IMG/VR virus record: IMGVR_UViG_3300028822_000042
Span: 1 to 64,000 of that record
Direction: 5' to 3' (one strand)
Source: a virus
Length of the DNA: 64,000 nucleotides
Part shown: one piece after another, positions 7,301-16,652 of the stretch
Layout: each line of letters starts with the position of its first letter
Numbering within the stretch: position 1 is the stretch's first letter
The notes under the pieces: generated by a model
Databases searched by the model: none
The model's input: only the letters and a program-made list of their open reading frames with translations
Told to the model about the DNA's origin: nothing
Program-made: the position numbers and the translations under genes

Positions 7301-8650
7301 ATGGCTAGAGCTATTTATAAGAATCTAGATGAAGAAGAAGCACTTGATGTATTTAGAAGGAGTGATCTTTTTAAGGGAGCAGTTTCTAAAGCTCTTAAAA
7401 CTCCAGAAAAACAATTAGGTAAAGGTGTTGCTGGTTCTGTTAAAGGATATACAGCTGAAATAAAACACGGCATTGAAGGAGTCCCTACTCAGTTTGGTTT
7501 TGCTGTTAAAGAAGCAAGTAGAGGGGAAGCATTTGCAGAGCATATGGCGATAGCAAAACTAGATGAAGTAGAGCAACTATTGCTTAAGAAGAGATACAAA
7601 AACCTAGAGGATGCCATGATTGAAGCAGAGAAAAGTGCTTTGAGCAAACAAGCACATGATCTTCCCTCTCTGTATGGCACTGGTAAGGATTTTGGTCTTG
7701 ATGAAGATACGATTATCATGGAGCAATTCAAAGGCACTCCTATTAGAAATATTAATAGAGAATTGACTCCTGGTGAGATTACAGATTTAAGTCAATCAGT
7801 TCAGAGAATGCATGCTGCTGGCATTACACATGGCGACCTTCATAGAGGTAATGTCATGCTTACAGAAGAAGGAAAGATAGGAATCATAGACTTAGGAATG
7901 GCCGAACGTCTAACAGACCCCAGAATGAGTAAACATCACTGGCAAGCAGTCATGAACGATCCTGTACAGAAAGCAGCACAGAAAGAATTAGGAAGAAAGG
8001 TAGATGTTGAAGAGTTTTCTAATATGCTAGATGTAGCAAATGTACATGCTGTTGATCTTATTTCGCAAGGTGCAAAGAAAGAAGCAAGACCTTATGTACA
8101 AGTTATAAATCAATTATTAAGCACAACTGAAGCTAATTTAATTGAAGCAAAAGCCTCACAAGTGTTTCAGATGTATAAGCAAATAGGAAAACCAGCTTCT
8201 ATACCCAAGAGAGTTGGTTCTAGTAGTAAAGTTATTCCTCCTGTTCAAGATGATTATATTAGCCCTACAGCCAAGACAGATTTAAATACTTTGCCTTTTG
8301 ACAAGACTCAACCTATGACGTCTAAAATTGACGTTCAAGACAATATGCTTAATCAGAATCAGCAAGGAATCTCTTCATCACCAAATTTACCTATGGGCGA
8401 AGGTACTGGAACAGGAGGAGGTCGGATAAAGAAGAATTCTGAATCGATCAGAAGAATGAGAGCTGAAAGGAAGAAGAGTGCATACGAAGATAGAGTTGTT
8501 AATGCTTCTGATGTTAACATTCCTAAAGACTCTCAGAGAAGTAAAAGAATGAAGAGATTTAGAGAGGTTAGTCGTTCTGCTGTAGGTATAGGACATAGAT
8601 CTGCCCACAATGCAGGCAGAAAACACTCAAAATTTAGTACTGTAGTATAA
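4310..8650 (+). CDS. Polyvalent multi-enzyme protein: DEDDh 3'-5' exonuclease + thermonuclease (SNase) + Ser/Thr protein kinase, with three internal repeats
   Basis: Exo motifs DLETTG / GYNIKQFD / HEARTD. SNase motifs EDADT / RLSGVDAPE / YGR / GIW. Kinase motifs GKGVAG / FAVK / HGDLHRGN / DLG. Repeats at 5957, 6977 and 7184. Confidence 0.88.
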   Translation: MAKLTDKEVQRFFDDINKSPGGVKSTEPAFQRYRKQFLRNIDFNDIKKYRPEQLIRGARTSEELFIIGEYLSKEWGSNNWWWQEYHQRRVTLAHLPSLYGSTIDKATGKQRGLWGVPVKPETYIRSSKAGPQKFGVNRRLFSRFANWEQITGQQNLFSLTETPSGPAIRGWKPIKPPVLPSNAPANAIVFDLETTGLLDNENLNVISAGYFDTGKPDKAPIGKYASFDKSLKYDAPIRNKIIPQWEKAVAELKPKLLSEQQLVEDFIKRAESSSKTHALMGYNIKQFDLPVLFSSAKKYGLEGKLEKAVKQSHIVDVAEYAQAFISKQLGGTVVGWEQSELGFKPLGWQLENVAASLGYKNLGGAHEARTDVDMTQFVWRKLKDTKKWDEAAKQFDKDLLLKSIPRAKGYSPVVIKKGMERVNFAAEMLKDESKYLRSFTHHLEELYGKGKPTSTLGKAVKGKGLGLGSIASYSASFVGLNMILPGNFWQNAFTSVTWEAARLGAKKAGVKGWKTWLAAGLGSAVGNAMWMGASALSSDPSDVAVTESGFSGKDDAYNFIQGLGEQGLAPEVRHELTEFGSGWRGSRDLPSSLMGVPIDPQVLAFRRDVIEDKEELAELKQDIKEKQAEAQAKLGDFDPSQLGPISGPVAGLARNKSLKEVNLSDYKLTVEDADTIFLSRKGLAGLFSKDIAVRLSGVDAPEVASHADDPMEDVRIWQEQAGGQWATEQYKKLVEEQDNLRLVIDANNKTYGRRLGVLIGDEGTNLALESVRKGLVAALPFGKSSEDVVSRRAIAQAEEEAKQNEAGIWQFARYKAISEATEEIGQPITFNVLTELTKVARNLNLGTYGSFLESLGEQQRELTYQEAHTARRIGRVLKKTHGKARFSQKFSGKDDNYNTVEGLRHDGGLSEDIRKDLTQFGSGFDIFKPVLQYESISEAKDRFIEDKKKRYAVDKKSRFSGRDDQYNTIEGLLHTGMAKDVRQALTEFGSGWDPVRAMARAIYKNLDEEEALDVFRRSDLFKGAVSKALKTPEKQLGKGVAGSVKGYTAEIKHGIEGVPTQFGFAVKEASRGEAFAEHMAIAKLDEVEQLLLKKRYKNLEDAMIEAEKSALSKQAHDLPSLYGTGKDFGLDEDTIIMEQFKGTPIRNINRELTPGEITDLSQSVQRMHAAGITHGDLHRGNVMLTEEGKIGIIDLGMAERLTDPRMSKHHWQAVMNDPVQKAAQKELGRKVDVEEFSNMLDVANVHAVDLISQGAKKEARPYVQVINQLLSTTEANLIEAKASQVFQMYKQIGKPASIPKRVGSSSKVIPPVQDDYISPTAKTDLNTLPFDKTQPMTSKIDVQDNMLNQNQQGISSSPNLPMGEGTGTGGGRIKKNSESIRRMRAERKKSAYEDRVVNASDVNIPKDSQRSKRMKRFREVSRSAVGIGHRSAHNAGRKHSKFSTVV
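5957..7285 (+). repeat. Three copies of a 34-35 aa protein repeat (5957-6058, 6977-7081, 7184-7285)
   Basis: FSGKDDAYNFIQGLGEQGLAPEVRHELTEFGSGW / FSGKDDNYNTVEGLRHDGGLSEDIRKDLTQFGSGF / FSGRDDQYNTIEGLLHTGMAKDVRQALTEFGSGW. Confidence 0.95.
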
Positions 8651-8682
8651 TATAAGAGGACAACCTTTAAGGAGGTATAAAT

Positions 8683-9069
8683 ATGAGTTTTTTTGGTAGG
8701 GCAATAGGTGGCGGTATAGCTGGCGGCCTATTGACTGGTGACCTTGGTGGTATAGCTGGTGGTGCTGCTGCTGGTGGACTTGGTGGATGGGCAATCGGCA
8801 AGACACTTGCCGACAGAACCACTGGCATGTTTACAGGTGGCATGGGAATGATAGGAGATGCTGCACTGAGGGCAACTTCTACTATTGGCAAACGTGGAGC
8901 ATTTAATGCTGCAAGAAGAATGGATAGAGGCATAACTAGAGCAGCTAGCTTCTTGGGAAAGAATCAATTAACGACAAACAAAGTTGGAGGTGCTGCTATG
9001 ACTGCATTAGGAACAGGAGCAGGCATACATATTGGTTCTTCTGTCTTAGCGTCTAACAGGAGGTACTAG
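8683..9069 (+). CDS. Glycine-zipper small protein (paralogue 1)
   Basis: SD AAGGAGGT; GxxxG-rich; end-to-end similarity to 9072..9461. Confidence 0.75.
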   Translation: MSFFGRAIGGGIAGGLLTGDLGGIAGGAAAGGLGGWAIGKTLADRTTGMFTGGMGMIGDAALRATSTIGKRGAFNAARRMDRGITRAASFLGKNQLTTNKVGGAAMTALGTGAGIHIGSSVLASNRRY

Positions 9070-9071
9070 TA

Positions 9072-9461
9072 ATGAATTTTTTTAGAAATGCATTAATGGG
9101 TGGTGCTATTGGTGGTTTAGCCACAGGTGATCTCGGTGGTGTAGCCGGTGGTGCTTTAGCTGGTAGTGCTGGCGTTTGGGGTGCGCGTAAACTGTTAAGT
9201 AATAAGAATGCTTCTGGAATGGGAGCTGCTCTCCTTGAGAGAGGGGGATATGGTCTTACTGCAGCGGCTTCTACTATTGGCAACCGTAAGCTGTTTGATG
9301 CTTCAATGAAGATGAAAGGCATGGCAGGTAGAGCTGCTGGTTATTTAGGACAGAACTCTGCTATGACAAATAAGGTTGGAGGATATGCCTTTGCAGGATT
9401 AGGTGCTATGGCTGCCGGGAATATCGGTTCTTCTGTTCTTAGGTCTAATGGAGGTTACTAG
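9072..9461 (+). CDS. Glycine-zipper small protein (paralogue 2)
   Basis: SD AGGAGGT; shares TGDLGG.AGG, STIG.R, RAA..LG.N, TNKVGG and IGSSVL.SN with paralogue 1. Confidence 0.75.
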   Translation: MNFFRNALMGGAIGGLATGDLGGVAGGALAGSAGVWGARKLLSNKNASGMGAALLERGGYGLTAAASTIGNRKLFDASMKMKGMAGRAAGYLGQNSAMTNKVGGYAFAGLGAMAAGNIGSSVLRSNGGY

Positions 9462-9464
9462 TCT

Positions 9465-10259
9465 ATGGATTGGTTCGATAAGAATCCTTTAGGCCCACAA
9501 GATATAAGTACATTTGGTGGCTTCCGCAGAGAGGCCATGTTTGATGCACATAAGTGGGGTCGATCTGTCTTTGCAAACTCATTTGCTAGACAAGGATTCG
9601 CATCTGTTGCCTTCGCTCCTACTGCAGGTGAAGCATGGAAGGCTTCTTGGAGAAGAACTAAGAGACAAGGAAGTGCTAAACATATTCAGAATTTAAGATC
9701 TATGCTTTCTAATGTGGCTCCTGGTTCTTCTGAATATAGAAATATTAATAAAGCACTATCGAAGGCAGAACAAGGTACAACCAAGATGGGACTTGCTAAG
9801 CGAGTGGGTGGGTTCGCATTAGGTGGTGCTTTTGCTCTTCTGCCTGCATTCATAACTCCTGGTGGTCTTCCTGAGAAGGGTAGAGCTGTAGCAGGTGGTT
9901 TGGCTGGTCTTGCTGGTTGGGAAGTTGGCTCTAAGGCGGGTATGGGTGTAGGTGCAGCAATAGGCATGATGATACCTATTCCTGGCATGGCAGCTGTTGG
10001 AGGTGCTCTTGGATATGTGGCTGGTGGTTTTCTTGGGGCTATTGGTGCAGACGAAGGTACACAAGCCTTAATGCGTATTCCAGATAATATGGTAGAGAGA
10101 GAACGCAAGAGAAGAAATCTTAACTGGAGAGGAGATCAAACTGCATTCATGACTCGTTCAGCTCATACTATGAGACAACAGTCTTTGCAAGCTATGAATA
10201 GAGGTATGAACAATGCTCGCTCTATGTTAGGCAGAGAAGGTGTGTTTCTGCACCAATAA
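9465..10259 (+). CDS. Glycine-zipper, probably membrane-interacting virion protein
   Basis: Long GxxxG hydrophobic stretch (GMGVGAAIGMMIPIPGMAAVGGALGYVAGGFLG) and a basic C-terminal helix. Confidence 0.65.
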   Translation: MDWFDKNPLGPQDISTFGGFRREAMFDAHKWGRSVFANSFARQGFASVAFAPTAGEAWKASWRRTKRQGSAKHIQNLRSMLSNVAPGSSEYRNINKALSKAEQGTTKMGLAKRVGGFALGGAFALLPAFITPGGLPEKGRAVAGGLAGLAGWEVGSKAGMGVGAAIGMMIPIPGMAAVGGALGYVAGGFLGAIGADEGTQALMRIPDNMVERERKRRNLNWRGDQTAFMTRSAHTMRQQSLQAMNRGMNNARSMLGREGVFLHQ

Positions 10260-10328
10260 ATCTATATCTTAATAAATACTTATGTTAGGTTTGTAATTGT
10301 TTTTTGTTCGATATCAAGGAGAATAAGT

Positions 10329-13300
10329 TTGGATAATGAGATTGATAATTTAGAGGATTTAAGAAAATTAGATCTGCCGTTTGATGTAGATGAAGTATCG
10401 TCTCAGTGTCATCAATGTGTAAGAGATCAGCTAGAAAAGTACAAAAAACAGGTAGATGAGTCAGGTAAATCTGTTGCAAATAGATTTATAGTTCCTTGTC
10501 ATGGCATCAAGAAAACAATTATAGATCCTGTTAAAGAAGCGACTCTTACAGATAAACAGATAGAAACATTAAAAGCAGTAAATGATGTTGTCAGTTTTGC
10601 AGGTCATTATCTCAAGTTACCTGATAGTAGTTTATGGAATGCTAGATGGTACCAAGAGCAAGTTCTTAAATGCACTTCAAAGCGTAAAGTTTTAAGAATT
10701 GGCCGACGATGTTTAGTTCCTGGTTCTATGGTCCTGATGGCCAATGGCAAATGGAAGCCTATTGAAGATATTAGAGTTGGAGAATATGTTGCTTCTCGAA
10801 ACGCAAAAAACCAGTTAGTCTCAAAGAAAGTTCTTTATGAACATGATAATGGAATTAAAGATGTCTTTAATATTAAGATATCTAATGGAATGGAGATCAC
10901 ATGCACTTCAAACCATCCATTGCTGGCACTAGAGACACTAGAGTTTGGTAAAGGAGTTAGAAAGGTTTGGAAGTCTTTAGAAGATGGTTTATCTGTTGGA
11001 ACTAAAATTGTTGTTGCCAAACATTATGACCGCTGGGGTGAAAAACATAATCCTAGTTTGATGAAGTTGTTTGGTTATATGTTGACAGATGGTTATTTTG
11101 GCAAACCAGGTCAAACTCCAAAATTTACAAATAATAACAGACAAATGGTTTCAGAGGTTCAATGTCTTGCCAAAGAACTTTTTGATTATGACTGTTCTAT
11201 CCGGCCTAAAGGAAATGGATTCGATATCTATCTTACAGATGGAGATCATAGTTCTATTAATAAATTCTCTGAGACACTTAAGACGTTTGGGCTTCACGGT
11301 GTAAAGTCTGCCAGAAAACATATCTCAGATTTGTTTTTTGATTATGATAAACAAAGTCAAATGGCTTTAGTCAATCGCATGTTTTCTGGTGATGGTGGTG
11401 TTTCATTACACAACAAGAGAGAAGAACCTAGAGCAGAAGTCTTCTTAGTCTCATCTAGTAAAGAAATAATTAGACAGGTTCAACTTATCCTTCGCAAAAT
11501 TAATGTTGAATCATTCATTTCTCATGACAATAGACAGATTGATGTTATGAGCTGTGGAGTCATTACTGAATCTGACTCTTGGAAACTCCGTATATCTAGA
11601 GCAGAAAGTATTGAGAATTTCTTTGCAAATGTTGGTCTTGTTTACGGCAAAGAAGATGTTTCAAACAAAGCAATATCTATTGCCAATTCAATCAAGAAGA
11701 GAAGAAGATCAGGAAGTAAGCAGTTTAGACATGAGACGATTAAGTCTATTGAGCATATAGGCGAATCACAAACATATGATATTGAAGTAGAAGATACTCA
11801 TAATTTTATTGTAGACAATATCGTATCTCATAATACCGGAAAGACAGACTTGGTCTGTGTTGAGATCTGTTATTACCTTTTTACTAGAAGAAACATAAAA
11901 CTTGTAGTTGTTGGTCCCCAGAAATCTCATACAGAAGAGATTATTAATCGTGTCAGAGCCTTTATTTCTAATAATCCCATGATGAAGGATTCTGTGGTTA
12001 GAGATGTTTCTGCTCCATATTATGAGATAAAACTTCGTAATGGTTCTCGCTTAAGGGGATTTGCTGCTGGAACTAAAGGCAAACAGCAGGGCGTATCTGT
12101 TCGTGGTCAAGATGCGGATAGAATCTACATTGAGGAGATGGATTACGTTGATGAGAATGCTATTCAGGGAGCTATATTCCCTATCATGATGACGAATCCA
12201 GATACTGCTCTTATCGGATTCTCAACTCCTTCAGGTTTCAGAAGTCCTTATTATAACCTCTGTGAAGAGAGCCCTCAGTATAAAGAGTTTCATTTTACAT
12301 ACAAAGTACTTCCATGGTGGAGAAATGTTGAGTTAGAGAGAAATTCATTCACAGAGGAACAATGGACTCATGAGTATCTAGCAGAGTGGGGTACTTCAGA
12401 GTCTGGTGTTTATAAGCCAGAATATATTGATAGAGCCATAACTGAATACAATTATGATGATATGGTTCGTAATTCAGTCTGGAAATATACTATTGGTACA
12501 GATTGGAATGAGAAATTTGGTACTGAGATTGTCGTTCTTGGTTACAATACTCTAACTACAATGTTTCAAGTAGTTGAGTCAGTTCATATTGAAAGATCAG
12601 AGTTTACACAGCTTGCAGGAGTATCAAAACTTATAGAAATGAACCGTAAATGGAGACCTTCTTTCATTTATATAGATGCCGGTAACGGTTCAACTAATTA
12701 TGAACTTCTTAGGAAAAAAGCCTATGATAATAGTAGATTTGATGGAGATAGAGACACTGCACGTCTATTAAGCATCCTTAAAAAATATGATGCTGGTGCT
12801 GCTTTAGAGGTTAGAGATCCTGTTTCACAGCAGAAACACAAAACTCCAGCTAAACCTTTTATGGTTAATTCCTCTGTGCGCATGTTTGAGCAAGGTAAAA
12901 TTAGAATCTCTAGTCGCGATAAAGTCTTAGAAAAACAGCTCAGAAGTTATATTATTGAGAGATATACACCTACAAAGACTCCTGTTTATGGTCTAGATGA
13001 TCCAAAATTGGGAGATCATAAGCTAGATGCACTAAATCTTTCTATTGTTGCTTTTCAGCTAGAATTTAATGATTTACATGCTACTAAAGTCATAACAGAT
13101 ATAGGCGTATCTGTTGACCCAAGAACGATATCTAAGAAATCTTCTAACCCTAGAGAAGAGTCATTTCAGCATAAGAGACCAGAACCAAGAGACTTAAATG
13201 GAGGAATTAGAACTCCTCTAGAAGAACGAGTATTTGCTCATACTCCTGGCAGGATAGATAATGGTCTTGAAGGTATTAGAACCAATCGTCCTGGATGGTC

Positions 13301-13397
13301 TACAGATGAAGAAGACAAGCATATACAGAAATTTTTACAGAAGAGACGTTCAAGGTTTAGACTTCGCTCTGGTCGACCAAGAAGAACAAATATTTAG
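10329..13397 (+). CDS. terL: Terminase large subunit interrupted by an intein
   Basis: Walker A GRR|TGKT split by the intein, RGQDADRIYIEEMDY Walker B, FSTP motif, YTIGTDWN RNase-H-like nuclease, DHKLDAL. TTG start with AGGAG SD. Confidence 0.93.
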   Translation: MDNEIDNLEDLRKLDLPFDVDEVSSQCHQCVRDQLEKYKKQVDESGKSVANRFIVPCHGIKKTIIDPVKEATLTDKQIETLKAVNDVVSFAGHYLKLPDSSLWNARWYQEQVLKCTSKRKVLRIGRRCLVPGSMVLMANGKWKPIEDIRVGEYVASRNAKNQLVSKKVLYEHDNGIKDVFNIKISNGMEITCTSNHPLLALETLEFGKGVRKVWKSLEDGLSVGTKIVVAKHYDRWGEKHNPSLMKLFGYMLTDGYFGKPGQTPKFTNNNRQMVSEVQCLAKELFDYDCSIRPKGNGFDIYLTDGDHSSINKFSETLKTFGLHGVKSARKHISDLFFDYDKQSQMALVNRMFSGDGGVSLHNKREEPRAEVFLVSSSKEIIRQVQLILRKINVESFISHDNRQIDVMSCGVITESDSWKLRISRAESIENFFANVGLVYGKEDVSNKAISIANSIKKRRRSGSKQFRHETIKSIEHIGESQTYDIEVEDTHNFIVDNIVSHNTGKTDLVCVEICYYLFTRRNIKLVVVGPQKSHTEEIINRVRAFISNNPMMKDSVVRDVSAPYYEIKLRNGSRLRGFAAGTKGKQQGVSVRGQDADRIYIEEMDYVDENAIQGAIFPIMMTNPDTALIGFSTPSGFRSPYYNLCEESPQYKEFHFTYKVLPWWRNVELERNSFTEEQWTHEYLAEWGTSESGVYKPEYIDRAITEYNYDDMVRNSVWKYTIGTDWNEKFGTEIVVLGYNTLTTMFQVVESVHIERSEFTQLAGVSKLIEMNRKWRPSFIYIDAGNGSTNYELLRKKAYDNSRFDGDRDTARLLSILKKYDAGAALEVRDPVSQQKHKTPAKPFMVNSSVRMFEQGKIRISSRDKVLEKQLRSYIIERYTPTKTPVYGLDDPKLGDHKLDALNLSIVAFQLEFNDLHATKVITDIGVSVDPRTISKKSSNPREESFQHKRPEPRDLNGGIRTPLEERVFAHTPGRIDNGLEGIRTNRPGWSTDEEDKHIQKFLQKRRSRFRLRSGRPRRTNI
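10710..11834 (+). mobile_element. Intein (375 aa) with LAGLIDADG homing endonuclease
   Basis: Begins CLVPGSMV, block B TSNHP, LAGLIDADG-like FGYMLTDG and RMFSGDG, ends YDIEVEDTHNF...SHN followed by +1 Thr. Confidence 0.93.
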
Positions 13398-13406
13398 GAG
13401 GATGTA

Positions 13407-13871
13407 ATGTCACTTAAGTTATACTATAAAGATTCTGATGGCTCATTTGTTGATGCGTCTACTGGCGATGATACTTCTACTCCCATATCAACTACTCATG
13501 AAGGTAAGACAGGAGATACCAAGACTGTAGATCTATATGTTCGAAATGATGATAACAGCAAATGGTATTCTAATATCACTATTGAGCCTGTAGATTTAGT
13601 AGAGGCAGATCCTTATGGAGATGTAGCCTATACAGAAACTGGTTGGGGTGTAAAACTCAGTAAAGGAGCAACGGAACCTACAGAGAATGAGTGGGAAGAC
13701 ATTAACTGGGGTGAAAAGATTACAATGGATAATATTGGCTCTGATGGTTCATTTGACACAACAACTTACTTCCCCTTCTGGTATCTTATCTCCTGTCCGC
13801 CTAATACAGATGCTCAGAACAAAGAAGACATAGTTTTGAAAGTTAACTACACAGAGAATGCAGTGATCTAA
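13407..13871 (+). CDS. Putative virion structural protein
   Basis: SD AGGAGG; acidic, Thr/Asp-rich, beta-strand-like; in the head module. Confidence 0.55.
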   Translation: MSLKLYYKDSDGSFVDASTGDDTSTPISTTHEGKTGDTKTVDLYVRNDDNSKWYSNITIEPVDLVEADPYGDVAYTETGWGVKLSKGATEPTENEWEDINWGEKITMDNIGSDGSFDTTTYFPFWYLISCPPNTDAQNKEDIVLKVNYTENAVI

Positions 13872-14287
13872 TGACTGACCTTTCTAAGCTTTTAACTCCT
13901 GATGATAGGCAGATTCTAAATGCGACTGGAGCCAATAATTGGGTTCCACCAAATCCAAGAGAAATTCTTGTTCCTTATATGGGAGATGAAGAACCAAAAG
14001 AAGGCAAACAAGATATTGAAACAAGAAGAGAGAAAGCAAAGAAAGTAATAGATGAATATTCTAAAATCATAGAAGAGTGCAAAAGACTTGAAGCACAGAT
14101 AGAAGATCGTTGTAAAGATGTTGTTGTTGATATAACCGATCCAAATCTATATCCTGTCCGCAAGGCCATGGCTAGAGTTTTTGGTCCGGGTGATCATAAA
14201 AAAATAACATTTCAACAGTACAAGATATGTGTTCAAGAGCTAGCTAAAGTAAGTAGTAAATTACCAAAACCGGAGAGTAAGACATGA
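13871..14287 (+). CDS. Hypothetical protein
   Basis: TAATG-coupled ORF with a coiled-coil segment. Confidence 0.6.
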   Translation: MTDLSKLLTPDDRQILNATGANNWVPPNPREILVPYMGDEEPKEGKQDIETRREKAKKVIDEYSKIIEECKRLEAQIEDRCKDVVVDITDPNLYPVRKAMARVFGPGDHKKITFQQYKICVQELAKVSSKLPKPESKT

Positions 14288-14670
14288 TGGAGATGGCATC
14301 AATAGACCTTGAAAAGTTTGATCTTGTTGCTACTAAGGTCACTTATTACAAGCTTTTTGAGTATATAGTAGAAGATTTTGTTACTAGAGAAGACTCTAAA
14401 GAGATGATGAAGTCTTCAAACCTTCCCGTGTCTACAGACGTTACCTCTATGGTCAATACAACTGTACAAGTAGCCATTCCGGCAGGAACTGGTACAGGTA
14501 TTGGTAAGGGAACAGGAAAGGGGACAGGAAGATCTACTCCTATCTATAATGGCGGGAATATGAGTGGTGGTTCTCTATCACTTAAATCAAAATACAAGGC
14601 AGCCGAGGAAGCAGGAGGAGAGACTATTGAAGGTCTTAAGTCTGGTATTGAGACTGCAGCTGGTCTTTAG
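14284..14670 (+). CDS. Hypothetical protein with Gly-Thr repeat
   Basis: GTGTGIGKGTGKGTG tract; ATGA overlap with the upstream gene. Confidence 0.6.
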   Translation: MMEMASIDLEKFDLVATKVTYYKLFEYIVEDFVTREDSKEMMKSSNLPVSTDVTSMVNTTVQVAIPAGTGTGIGKGTGKGTGRSTPIYNGGNMSGGSLSLKSKYKAAEEAGGETIEGLKSGIETAAGL

Positions 14671-14678
14671 GAGACAAT

Positions 14679-16652
14679 ATGTCTACAAGTGATGAGTATA
14701 AAAGTACTAAATCTTCAGATGCAGTTTCTGACAAGACAGAAGAACCACAAGTTAATTCCGCTAATCCATTCTCTAGTCAGGACTATCATCAAATTGTTTC
14801 TGCTTTTGAGAAACAATCTACTGATTGGGCAGAAGAAGACTATGCTTTAGCATCTCATTACAAAGATACTTACTCTACTAGAAATTTCTCTGAGAGAGTA
14901 AAAGAGCAGATGGCTCACTATCCAGGTCTTCATCAACCCGCCACTGGTGTGCCTGATGAAGATCCGTATAAAACAAATGCTGAAAAACAAGCAGAAAGAA
15001 GGCAGAATTTTTGGACAGATGCAATGAGCAGTCCAGATGCCTTTATGAATGGTCTGCGCTCTAGAGAACAAGACTTTGATTATACTACTGTATTTGGTTC
15101 TGACGCATCAGCTAAAACTAAAGCAGAGAATGTAGGAAAAATTCTTACAGAATGCATTCCTTGCTTTGGTCGATTACTAGATGCTGATGGATTAGTGCCA
15201 GATGGAGACCTTTTAGAAGTACATGCTTTAAATATAAATCTAAGAAAAGATCTTATTTCAGACACAAAGAAGCTTTTAAATAATCCTGGTTCGTATTTGG
15301 ACATTTGTGAGCTTCTCAATTTGCTATCTCATCAATGTGTTCAGGATCTTTTTGCTATATTGGCTCTGCTGACTCAGTATTTAGCTAAGTTGAACCTAGA
15401 TATCAAATTTAATTTTGACTTTATAGAAAATCTTGTTGGAGCTATTTTAAGCCCATTCCTTGATGCTCTTAGTCAGTGGTTAGATAAATGGATACAGCTA
15501 ATTATTGAACCTCTAGTTTGTGTAGTTGACCACATTAATGAAGTTATAGTTACTTCGCAAACTATGAAGATTCCTCTCTCTTCTGCTGGTATTGGCATTG
15601 ATGCTGATCTTGGCGTACAAGATGGAGTTTTCAGCAAACAAGATTCAGCTTCTACAAAGAAAAGACAACATAAGACTAAAAAGTCTAAATGGTCTGACTC
15701 AGAGATGGATAGATTTAGCGATCTCCCTCCTGGGCACTATACTCCAAGAAGACCTACTGTTCCAGATGAAGAAATACAGATGTCTGCTACAGAGATTAAG
15801 GAGTCTTGGAATCCAAGTATGTCTGAGCAGCAGAGAGAAGAAACAAATCAAAAGTGGGAAGAAATCAATAAACAGAGAAAAGACAAGAAACTTAGCTATA
15901 CTTCTGACATTTATAAAGAAAGAAGAGATGGGACTAGATGGAGTAAGGATAATGTTCCTAATTCTGAGAAGTTTAGCGCTGGTTTTCAGTTTGGTGATGA
16001 ATACCATCCACCTGAAAAACAAAGCCTTCCTAAGACAGCAGACAGCTACTTTGACACCGGACCATTAACAAACTCAATTGTTCAATTGAGAAATATTCTT
16101 CAAGCTGGGATTCAGTATGTAAGAGATTGGTTTATCTATATTACACAGATGGTATACGATCTTCTTGGTACTGACTTCGGTTGGATGAAAAACAAGACAG
16201 GTTCTAGTTTTCTAAAATCAGATCTTATTAAGATGATTTCTCTTGTGAAGGCAATTATTCAAGCAGTTTCTAAAAATGGACTTAGATGTGGAATAAATAC
16301 TAATTTAGATCAAGATCAAGTAAAGTTTATTCTAGAAGACACCTTAAACAAATTCTCTCCTACTAAGTTTGAAGTTATGGAGAATGGAGATATTAAGGTT
16401 ATACCTTCTGGAGGAAGTTTGCCTGATACTAAAGATACATCTGATGCTGTGCAAGCTCAGATAGAAGAACAAGATAAAATAGATATGGGAGAAGGGATAG
16501 GTAAAGTAACAGATAAAAAGACAGAAGAGACTCTGCAGGATTCTGTTAAATCAGGTATCATAGTTAAAAATTGCTTAAGAGACTTAACCTCTGATGAGGC
16601 AGCCAGAGCAAGGGAGTGGATCTTAGAATATGAGAGGAGATCAAATGGCTGA
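14679..16652 (+). CDS. Hypothetical virion protein (helical, Cys-containing)
   Basis: 657 aa, SD AGGAG, amphipathic helices around a disordered middle; directly upstream of the portal. Confidence 0.6.
   Translation: MSTSDEYKSTKSSDAVSDKTEEPQVNSANPFSSQDYHQIVSAFEKQSTDWAEEDYALASHYKDTYSTRNFSERVKEQMAHYPGLHQPATGVPDEDPYKTNAEKQAERRQNFWTDAMSSPDAFMNGLRSREQDFDYTTVFGSDASAKTKAENVGKILTECIPCFGRLLDADGLVPDGDLLEVHALNINLRKDLISDTKKLLNNPGSYLDICELLNLLSHQCVQDLFAILALLTQYLAKLNLDIKFNFDFIENLVGAILSPFLDALSQWLDKWIQLIIEPLVCVVDHINEVIVTSQTMKIPLSSAGIGIDADLGVQDGVFSKQDSASTKKRQHKTKKSKWSDSEMDRFSDLPPGHYTPRRPTVPDEEIQMSATEIKESWNPSMSEQQREETNQKWEEINKQRKDKKLSYTSDIYKERRDGTRWSKDNVPNSEKFSAGFQFGDEYHPPEKQSLPKTADSYFDTGPLTNSIVQLRNILQAGIQYVRDWFIYITQMVYDLLGTDFGWMKNKTGSSFLKSDLIKMISLVKAIIQAVSKNGLRCGINTNLDQDQVKFILEDTLNKFSPTKFEVMENGDIKVIPSGGSLPDTKDTSDAVQAQIEEQDKIDMGEGIGKVTDKKTEETLQDSVKSGIIVKNCLRDLTSDEAARAREWILEYERRSNG

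Noticed and set aside
16630-16644. Portal start at 16630 as given in the ORF track
   Set aside because: The AGGAG SD lies inside this segment and points to ATG 16645.
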